From an uncultured bacterium (GTDB taxonomy: Bacteria; Acidobacteriota; UBA890), in the NCBI GenBank assembly GCA_965365185.1, contig CBDUAS010000001.1, positions 1 through 29,628 of the forward strand: 29,628 nucleotides of DNA, written 5' to 3'. Both the position numbers and the translations under genes were made by a program. Shown here one piece after another: positions 23,368 to 29,628 of the stretch (position 1 is its first letter; the number at the start of each line of letters is the position of its first letter). The notes beneath the pieces are model-generated. The model saw nothing but the letters and a program-made list of their open reading frames with translations, did not search any database and was not told the DNA's origin.

Positions 23368-25220
23368 ATGAGACGTCCTGTTCCCGTCCTCGCTTGCGGC
23401 ATCGTCTTGATCTGCGCGGCCACCGGTCTCACCGCTCCACAAGCGGTCGACACCGCGCCCGGCGGCGCCCCCGGCCTGTCTGCGGAGGCCGAGCGCTTGC
23501 TGGAACTGCACATCGACTGGCGCGGCGGGCGCGACGCCTTCGAGGCGCTGACCTTCCTCGAGCGTCGCGGCGACATCCGCATCGGCGGCAACAGCGGTCT
23601 GTTCCGCGCCGTCGGTGGCCGCGGTGGATGGCTGCGTTACGACGTCAAGCTCGACGGCGTGCAACAGGTCGAAGCGGTGACCCCGCACGGTGGGTGGCGC
23701 TGGGTGAACGGTGAGCTCAGCGACCTGAGCGCCGAACGCATCGAGGTCTTCCGCACGTCCATCGACGAGATGTTCTGCTGCTGTCGAGGGGTTACGAGGC
23801 GGAGTATGTCGGCCGGGAGGCCAAGGAGGACGAGACCTGGGAAGTGCTGCGGCTGTCGAACGCGGGCAGCAGAATCGACCTGTTTCTCGACCCGGACGAC
23901 GGCAGCCTTCGCTGGACCCGCGAACCCGAGGCCGACGGCAGCCACGCGTGGACGCGGCTTTCCGACTGGCGCTTCGTCGACGGCATTCGCTACGCCTTTC
24001 GTTCCGACCGCCGGCCGGACGACCCCCGGCAGCGACAGCTCACCGAGTGGAAAGAGATTGCCACCCGCGGCGCCATCGATCGCGCGGAGTTCTTCCGCCC
24101 GCCGCAGCAAAGCGGCGTTTTGGAGTTCGATGACGGCCTTGACTGGACCCCGTTCAACTTGTTCCTCGACGGTTACATCGAGCTGCCGGGTGAGGTTGGC
24201 GGCCGCGAAGTCAGCGTGATGGTGGACTCGGGGGCGGGGATCACGGTGATCGACCGGGCGTTCGCCGCAGGCATCGGGCTCAGCCTGCGCGACGCCGGCA
24301 CCATCCGCGGTATCGGCGGCGAGGAAAAGCTGTTTCTTGCCGCCGGCGTCAGTGTCGCCGTACCGGGGGTCACGCTCCGCGATGCCACGGTCGCGGTTCT
24401 CGATCTGAGCGAAATCGGCGACAAGATGGGTCGTAGCTTCGAAGTGATCCTCGGCGTCGAGGTGTTCACCCGTGCTGTCGTAACGATCGACTATCCGGGC
24501 CGGCGCCTGCGTTTTGCGCCGCCGCACGCCTACGAGCCGCCGGTCGGGGCACGCAGCGTACGCATGTATTCGCGCGCCGGTGTTCCCAAGGTGGAGTGCC
24601 GCTATGAGGAGCTCCCGGCGACGCTTTGCCACATCGATACGGGCTCCAACAGCACCGTCGACATCGTGGCGCACTACGTCGACGCTTTCGACATGCTCGA
24701 CGATCGCCCAGCGATCTCCAAAGTCGCCACCGGCGGCGTCGGTGGCATGCTCGAGACGCAGGTTTCGACGTTGCGTGATTTCGAGTTCGCCGGGATCTCG
24801 GTCGGCAGCGCACCCGCAAATTTCATGGCTGATGCCGTGGGCTCGCTCGACACCGACGAGATCGCCGGCAACATCGGCGCGGCGCTGCTGCGCTCCTTCG
24901 TGCTCGTGTTCGATTACCCGGGGATGCGGCTGCATGTGATCAACCCGGACGACGTCCGCACCATCCGTCGCGATCGCAGCGGGCTGCAGAGCACCTTTCG
25001 CGGCGATCACCTGGAGGTCTTCTATGTCTCGCCCGGCTCGCCCGCCGAGGCCGCCGGATTGCGGAAAGGGCAGCGTCTGACGGCGATCAACGGCGATCGC
25101 ATCGCCCGCGACTACCTCGACGGCGGTTTCCGCTGGCGCTTCGGCGAACCGGGGACGGACGTCGTGGTGACCGACGATCGCGGTCGCGACTACACCATCG
25201 TGCTGGCGGACTATTTCTGA
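23368..25220 (+). pseudogene. Aspartyl protease (two retropepsin-like domains) plus PDZ, split by a 1-nt frameshift near 23775 (pseudogene or sequence error)
   Basis: Frame A from ATG 23368 (MRRPVPVLACGIV...RTSIDEMF) joins frame B (LLLSRGYEAEYVGRE...WEVLRL...VMVDSGAGITV...HIDTGSNSTV...PDZ VSPGSPAEAAGLRKGQRLTAING) if one C is added in TTC[C]TG. Confidence 0.8.
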
Positions 25221-25221
25221 G

Positions 25222-25920
25222 TCAGCCCTCGAACGCCGCGAACAGGTGGCGGATCTCGTCGTCCACGTCCTCCGGGTCGTTGAGCGTGCGGGCAACCTCC
25301 TCGCGAAGCATCTTGCCGAAACGCTGGCGTAGGCGGTGTACCGCCACCTTGACGGCCCCCTCGGTCATGCCGAGCCGAGCAGCCACATCTTTGTACCGGA
25401 TGCCCTCGCCTTCGCCGGTGAGAAACCCCTTGAGAATCTCGAAACGCTCTCCCCCGTCACCCTCGGCGCGCATGCGCTCGATCACCTGCTCGAGCTGGGC
25501 AACCGCCCAGCCGCGATCGAACACCTGTTCCGGGGTCTGCTCGTCGGCCGGCTCGATGTGATAGCGACCTTCAGCGGTCTCGAAGTCGAGCGAAAGGGTG
25601 GTGGAAGCGCCCCCCCGCTTTGCCGCCTGCTTCCGGTCCCACTCGTTGGCGGCGAAGTTCTTCAGCGAGGTCAACAGGAAAGAGCGAAAGCGGCCGCGTT
25701 CACGATCGGCGGCCTTGATGTACCCCTTGTCGAGCAACTGGGCGAAGAAACCCTGGACGAGATCCTCGGCCTCGTCTCGCGGATAGCCGCGGCGCCTGAG
25801 GTAGGCGTACAGTGGATACCAGTACGTTCGACAGAGGTCCTCGAGTGCTTCCCGGGAGCCGGGATGCTGCGAATCGCCGGCGGCGACCACCAGCGTCCAC
25901 TGTGTGGTCTCGAAGCTCAC
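25222..25920 (-). CDS. ECF-type sigma-70 factor (Planctomycete/Verrucomicrobia-like F.TT.W type)
   Basis: FETTQWTLV, ALEDLCRTYWYPLYAYLRRRG, EAEDLVQGFF and GRFRSFLL (region 2); YKDVAARLGMTEGAVKVAVHRLRQRF (region 4 HTH). GTG start 2 nt after the M20 stop. Confidence 0.9.
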   Translation of the reverse strand: MSFETTQWTLVVAAGDSQHPGSREALEDLCRTYWYPLYAYLRRRGYPRDEAEDLVQGFFAQLLDKGYIKAADRERGRFRSFLLTSLKNFAANEWDRKQAAKRGGASTTLSLDFETAEGRYHIEPADEQTPEQVFDRGWAVAQLEQVIERMRAEGDGGERFEILKGFLTGEGEGIRYKDVAARLGMTEGAVKVAVHRLRQRFGKMLREEVARTLNDPEDVDDEIRHLFAAFEG

Positions 25921-25922
25921 GG

Positions 25923-27104
25923 TCAGGATCCTGATCTGGCGAGCAAGCTACCGATGATGCCGGCATACCCGCGACGTGCGGCAAGCAGCTCCTCGACCTC
26001 GAGGAACTCGTCGACAACGTGGGCGTGATGTTCGGTCGAGGGCCCGAATCCTATCGTCGGGACGCCGGCGACGCCGGCGCTGTACGCGGCGTTGGTACAG
26101 AACTGGTAGCTGCCCAGCCCGGGATCGAGTCCGGCAGCCCGCAGCCCTCGTAGTCCTGCCTGAACCAGAACGTGGTCTTCGGACAGCTCCCACGGCGGGA
26201 ACCACTTGGGCTCTTCCCAGCGCAGTCCGGTGTACGTGCGGAAGTCTGTCTGGGCGAGCTCGACGACCGTGCCCTCGGCGTGGGCGCGAGCGCAGGCGGC
26301 GCGCAGCTCGGCCTCGATGCTCTGCCGATCTTCGCCGGGCAGCAGGCGGCGCTCGTAAGTCACCCGGCAGCCGCTCGGCACGACCGAATGGGCAGGGTAG
26401 GGACGCGAGATGATGTCCGTAAGGCACATAACGCCTTGGCCGACGAACGAATCCTCGGGCATGGGGATCTTCTCGATCTCACCGATCACGGCGGCCATCT
26501 TGTGCACCGCGTTGACGCCGCTCCCCGGGTTGGAGGCGTGCGCCGGCCGGCCGGACGTTTCGACGACGAACTCGGCGCGGCCGCGCCCGGCCCGCACGAG
26601 GTCAAGGCCCGAAGCTTCGCCGATGACGACGAAATCCGCCGGGTGCCGGTCCATCACACACCGCAGCGCGGCCCCCTCGATGCTCTCCTCGCCGACGGAG
26701 GCCGAGACGATGACGTTGCCGGCGACCTGGGCGCGCTCGAGCCCTGCTGCAGCGTAGATCATGGCCGCCAGCGCACCCTTCATGTCGGAGGAGCCGCGGC
26801 CGTAGATGCGGTCTCCGACCAGTTCGCCGCCGAAGGGATCGCGGCTCCAGGCGTCGGCCGGCAGCACGTCTACGGTGTCCATGTGGGCGTCGAGCAAAAC
26901 CGTCGGGCCGTCGTGCAGGCCGCGGATCAGCCCCACCGCGTTGCCCGCCTCGTCGATCTCGACGTGGTCGTACAGGAGTCGGCGCATCTCTCGCGAGACA
27001 TGCTCGGCGACCTTGCTTTCGTCTCCCAGGACACTGCGCAAGCGTACGAGCGCGCAGGTCAGGTCGATGACGCCCTGGTCGTTGCCGGCGAGGTCGGTGG
27101 GCAC
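25923..27104 (-). CDS. M20-family metallohydrolase, YgeY/ArgE-like
   Basis: LLDAHMDTV, GRGSSDMKG, VGEE, VVIGEAS, GRPAHAS and FCTN...GVPTIGFGP..E..AH..DE. SD AAGGAG. Confidence 0.88.
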   Translation of the reverse strand: MPTDLAGNDQGVIDLTCALVRLRSVLGDESKVAEHVSREMRRLLYDHVEIDEAGNAVGLIRGLHDGPTVLLDAHMDTVDVLPADAWSRDPFGGELVGDRIYGRGSSDMKGALAAMIYAAAGLERAQVAGNVIVSASVGEESIEGAALRCVMDRHPADFVVIGEASGLDLVRAGRGRAEFVVETSGRPAHASNPGSGVNAVHKMAAVIGEIEKIPMPEDSFVGQGVMCLTDIISRPYPAHSVVPSGCRVTYERRLLPGEDRQSIEAELRAACARAHAEGTVVELAQTDFRTYTGLRWEEPKWFPPWELSEDHVLVQAGLRGLRAAGLDPGLGSYQFCTNAAYSAGVAGVPTIGFGPSTEHHAHVVDEFLEVEELLAARRGYAGIIGSLLARSGS

Positions 27105-27131
27105 GGAGTTTGCTCCTTCAGTCGCGTCCCG

Positions 27132-27140
27132 AGTCTAGCA
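27132..27140 (-). promoter_or_regulatory. Candidate extended -10 for the M20-ECF operon
   Basis: TG-C-TAGACT on the minus strand, 27 nt upstream of GTG 27104. Confidence 0.45.
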
Positions 27141-27215
27141 GGGTGCCGAGAAGCCCCTCCGGGTATTCGCACCCGTTTGGCGGGCCGGGTCCTTCCGCGC
27201 CGGGCCGGTTTTGTA

Positions 27216-27245
27216 TTGCCCTGGCCCCCTGCGAAAGCCGACAAT
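27216..27245 (+). promoter_or_regulatory. Candidate sigma70 promoter for the 27304 gene
   Basis: TTGCCC-N18-GACAAT. Confidence 0.35.
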
Positions 27246-27303
27246 GCGACGTCGTGCGACCGCGCCCTGCCGGTCACCGTTCCACCCCGACAGGAGGCCG
27301 AGA

Positions 27304-28014
27304 ATGACCCGAGGCGGCCGGAACCTCTCGATCGTAGCCGTGTTGCTCGCGACCTCCTTCCTGACGCAGCCGGTGATCGCCGACAGCGTCTACCTGAAGA
27401 ACGGCCGCGTGATCCATGCCAGCCGAGCGCAGATCGAGGGCGACCGTGTCGTGATCGTGATGTACGGCTCGACGCAGATCATTCCGCTTTCGCAGGTCGA
27501 CCGCATCGAGAAGAACGACGAAATCGAGCCCGAACGCAGCGCCTCGCGCGTCGAGGCGGCAGGTCAGACGACCGATAGCAGGTCGTCCACCGCTTCGCCG
27601 GCCCCCCCGACCGGTGCCCTCGCGGGTTCCCCCGAGGAGCGGATGCAGGCCCTCTCCGACATGCTTGTCCAGAGTGGCGCCGACCCGGCCCAGGCGGCCA
27701 GGGCTCTGCAGTTGCTGCAGATGCTCGGTGGCTCCTCGGGTGGCGTTGGTGCCGCGGACCTGAACGCTCAACTCGGGGCGCTCGGCGGAGCCGCTGGGCA
27801 GGACCTCGAGCAGGTGCAAGCCCTGCTGCCTCTCCTGTCGCAGCTCGGAGCGGCGTTGTTCGCGCCGGAGTATTCACCGGAAGCAAGCGCCGCCGCGGCG
27901 CAGAACCTGTTGTCGGGCCTGCGCTCCTTGGGCGTGTCGGAGGCGGAGATCGCCGCGCAGGCGCAAAGCCTCGGCCTGCCGGCCGAGCTCCTGCAACAGC
28001 TCCGGAGCCGCTGA
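27304..28014 (+). CDS. Secreted hypothetical protein (small N-terminal beta domain plus Q/L/A/G-rich helical C-terminus)
   Basis: SD AGGAGG, signal peptide ending VIA-D, then DSVYLKNGRVIHASRAQIEGDRVVI...IPLSQVDRIE. The start is revised to ATG 27304. Confidence 0.75.
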   Translation: MTRGGRNLSIVAVLLATSFLTQPVIADSVYLKNGRVIHASRAQIEGDRVVIVMYGSTQIIPLSQVDRIEKNDEIEPERSASRVEAAGQTTDSRSSTASPAPPTGALAGSPEERMQALSDMLVQSGADPAQAARALQLLQMLGGSSGGVGAADLNAQLGALGGAAGQDLEQVQALLPLLSQLGAALFAPEYSPEASAAAAQNLLSGLRSLGVSEAEIAAQAQSLGLPAELLQQLRSR

Positions 28015-28124
28015 GTCCCGCTGCCCGCCGCCACTTCCCATCGAGCCGGCGGCATCGCCGCAGGTCTCCACCGGGAGCCGTCTTGGCCACAGTGATGTCG
28101 GATCGTGCCAGGTGCGGTTTGGCA

Positions 28125-28203
28125 CCCCCCAACCCGTCGACCTCCCCACGGCCCCATTCGGCCAACCCGCCCGCAGCGTGCTCCGAGCTCGGTGCCCGCG
28201 TGG
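28125..28203. repeat. Dispersed intergenic repeat, copy 2 (copy 1 at 5314-5390)
   Basis: Same orientation as copy 1, with identical 16-nt and 17-nt terminal blocks. Confidence 0.85.
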
Positions 28204-28258
28204 GGGGCCTGCGAGCTGACCGCCAGGGCCGGGGGTAGTTTCCATCGCGGCCGATGCT

Positions 28259-28267
28259 TGTTAACCT
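28259..28267 (+). promoter_or_regulatory. Candidate extended -10 for the LysM gene
   Basis: TG-T-TAACCT, about 95 nt upstream of ATG 28363. Confidence 0.4.
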
Positions 28268-28362
28268 CTGCGGCCGTATCGCTGGTTGACCGTCTTCTTC
28301 CAGCCTGGACCTTTCGATGTCCTCGCGAAGGGGAGCTTCGTCCGCACCCTGGTGAGCCACGA

Positions 28363-29163
28363 ATGAACGCGCACACGACACGTTGGAGGGCAAGTCGAGC
28401 ACTGCTCATGCTCGGCGGCGCAGGGGTTCTTGCGGCCGTGCTTGCAGCCAGCGGCGTCGCCGAGGCGCAGAGCCTCCGCGGCAGCGGTGCCTCCTTGAAT
28501 CGCCAGGAGCGCCAGGCCGAGATTCACGACTACACGTACCTGCGCGATGCCAACCATGTGCAGCGGTTCGTCGACGCCGGGCTCCTGGTTCCGGTTGTCG
28601 AGACGCGCGACTACTGGCTCAAGGGCGTTTCGTTTCCCGTGGCCCGGCCGGCGCTGAAGCTGTTCATCGAGCGTCTGGCCGGCCAGTACCGGGCCGCCTG
28701 CGGCGAACGCCTTGTGGTTACCAGCCTGACCCGGCCGCTTTCCCGCCAGCCGCGCAACGCGTCACGGCGCTCCGTGCATCCTACGGGGATGGCCATGGAC
28801 CTGAGGCGTCCGTATCCCGGCCCCTTCCGCGCCTGGCTCGAGGACACGCTGCTTTATCTCGAGGGCCGCAAGGTGCTGGAAGTGACGCGCGAGTCGAGCC
28901 CGGCGCACTATCACGTGGCCCTGTTTCCGCAGCCGTACATCGCCCACGTGTCACGGCTCACCGGGCTGTCGACGACGGCCATCGCCGCCTCGATCGAGCC
29001 CGCGGGCCGGCCCCAGACCTATACGGTCAAGCGCCGCGACACCCTGTGGCACATCTCTCGCCGCTACGACACGACGCCCGAAGCGATCCGCATCGCCAAT
29101 GGGCTGCGCTCGTCGGAGATCTACCCTGGCCAGCAGCTCAAGATCCCCTCGGGCTCTCGCTGA
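28363..29163 (+). CDS. DUF5715-like (M15/LAS-type Zn peptidase motif) plus C-terminal LysM, secreted
   Basis: Signal peptide ending AEA-Q, LVVTSLTRP, SVHPTGMAMD (H-x6-D) and HYHV (HxH). LysM: YTVKRRDTLWHISRRYDTTPEAIRIANGL..SEIYPGQQLKIP. The start is revised to 28363. Confidence 0.82.
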   Translation: MNAHTTRWRASRALLMLGGAGVLAAVLAASGVAEAQSLRGSGASLNRQERQAEIHDYTYLRDANHVQRFVDAGLLVPVVETRDYWLKGVSFPVARPALKLFIERLAGQYRAACGERLVVTSLTRPLSRQPRNASRRSVHPTGMAMDLRRPYPGPFRAWLEDTLLYLEGRKVLEVTRESSPAHYHVALFPQPYIAHVSRLTGLSTTAIAASIEPAGRPQTYTVKRRDTLWHISRRYDTTPEAIRIANGLRSSEIYPGQQLKIPSGSR

Positions 29164-29182
29164 GCACCTATCGCGGTTTTGT

Positions 29183-29211
29183 TGTTTCTTCGGCCTGTCG
29201 CCGGTAGATTC
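29183..29211 (+). promoter_or_regulatory. Candidate sigma70 promoter for the terminal Asp-box gene
   Basis: TTGTTT-N17-TAGATT. Confidence 0.45.
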
Positions 29212-29258
29212 CCCGTATCCCCACGTTCGCGAATTCTCTCTGCAAGGAGAAGCTTCTG

Positions 29259-29628
29259 ATGCGGATCAAAGCCGGATTGATTGCCGTACTGCTGATCGTC
29301 GGGGCGGCTGTGGCAGGCCAGCCCGATTTGCTGGCGCAGTCGGCCGAAAGGATCTCGCCCGAGCTCTTCGAGGGCCTGAGCTATCGGATGGTCGGCCCCT
29401 CGCGGGGCGGGCGCGTAACGACGGTGGCCGGGCACCGGGCGCAGCCGTCCACCTTCTACATGGGAGCCACCGGGGGCGGTGTGTGGAAAACCACCGACTT
29501 CGGCCAGACCTGGCGCCCGGTCTCGGACGGCTATTTCGCCACCGGCTCGATTGGCGCTATCGCCGTGGCCGAGTCCGACCCCGACATCGTCTACGTTTCG
29601 ACCGGCTCGGACGGGCTGCGCAGCAACG
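29259..29628 (+). CDS. Second secreted BNR/Asp-box protein (5' part only; absent from the ORF track)
   Basis: Manual translation: MRIKAGLIAVLLIVGAAVAGQPDLLAQSAERISPELFEGLSYRMVGPSRGGRVTTVAGH...FYMGATGGGVWKTTDFGQTWRPVSD...GSIGAIAVAESDPDIVYVSTG. SD AAGGAG. Clearly paralogous to 6696-9911. Confidence 0.88.
   Translation, partial: MRIKAGLIAVLLIVGAAVAGQPDLLAQSAERISPELFEGLSYRMVGPSRGGRVTTVAGHRAQPSTFYMGATGGGVWKTTDFGQTWRPVSDGYFATGSIGAIAVAESDPDIVYVSTGSDGLRSN

Noticed and set aside
23761-23790. Programmed ribosomal frameshift or phase variation in the protease
   Set aside because: There is no slippery heptamer or long homopolymer, and slippage of the (CTG)3 unit would not change frame.
25923-27104. Selenoprotein or selenium-utilisation locus suggested by YgeY similarity
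   Set aside because: There is no in-frame TGA read-through candidate and no sel, yqeB/C or xdh neighbours. The TGA stop is followed by a gene in another frame.
14652-27578. Long antisense or alternative-frame ORFs (e.g. 14652-16454, 18403-20016, 20526-21938, 23637-25295, 26172-27578, also 1205-2410 and 8742-9656)
   Set aside because: They are typical high-GC shadow ORFs opposite well-supported genes, with no motifs and biased R/G/A/P composition.
28106-28126. Sigma54 promoter from the GTGCCA/TGGCAC inverted repeat
   Set aside because: TGGCAC is not followed by TTGC at -12 on either strand.
28125-28360. c-di-AMP (ydaO) riboswitch upstream of the LysM gene
   Set aside because: AACCCGTC resembles the ydaO 3' motif, but the GGGGAACCC, GGGGTGAAT, GTAGGG and CAGCTAAC elements are missing, and the same sequence recurs at 5314 in a non-leader position.
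1-29628. tRNA/rRNA genes, IS elements, prophage or defence genes
   Set aside because: No cloverleaf or T-loop motif (GTTCGAATC-type), transposase, integrase or terminal inverted repeats were recognised by eye.

Overview
This is a high-GC bacterial chromosomal window of about 24 genes. I found no rRNA, tRNA, CRISPR array or transposase. Gene content (BNR/Asp-box propellers, PD40-amidohydrolase, DUF4159, DUF5715-LysM, PQQ-like propeller, this bS21 type) suggests Acidobacteriota or Gemmatimonadota; that is inference only. Most genes encode exported proteins: an ankyrin protein and a PQQ-like beta-propeller, two Asp-box proteins, an S9 peptidase, a PD40-amidohydrolase, a YdjY-type lipoprotein, an aspartyl protease-PDZ (split by a single-base frameshift) and a LysM peptidase. 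Housekeeping genes include rpsU, xth, a cardiolipin synthase, an AEC transporter, a GFA protein, an HdeD-family protein, an M20 hydrolase and an ECF sigma factor. The most notable signals are: (1) a signal-peptide-bearing PI3K/PI4K-like atypical kinase next to a signal-peptide-bearing SAM methyltransferase and a DUF4159 gene; (2) a structured, terminator-like leader directly before rpsU; (3) an unannotated repeat of about 78 bp found twice, about 22.8 kb apart; (4) several genes with a leaderless-mRNA promoter layout; (5) a 3x24-bp tandem array and GTAAA boxes in promoter regions; (6) an ECF sigma coupled to a YgeY-like hydrolase with no adjacent kinase or anti-sigma. All family calls come from motif recognition by eye. 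No database search was run.
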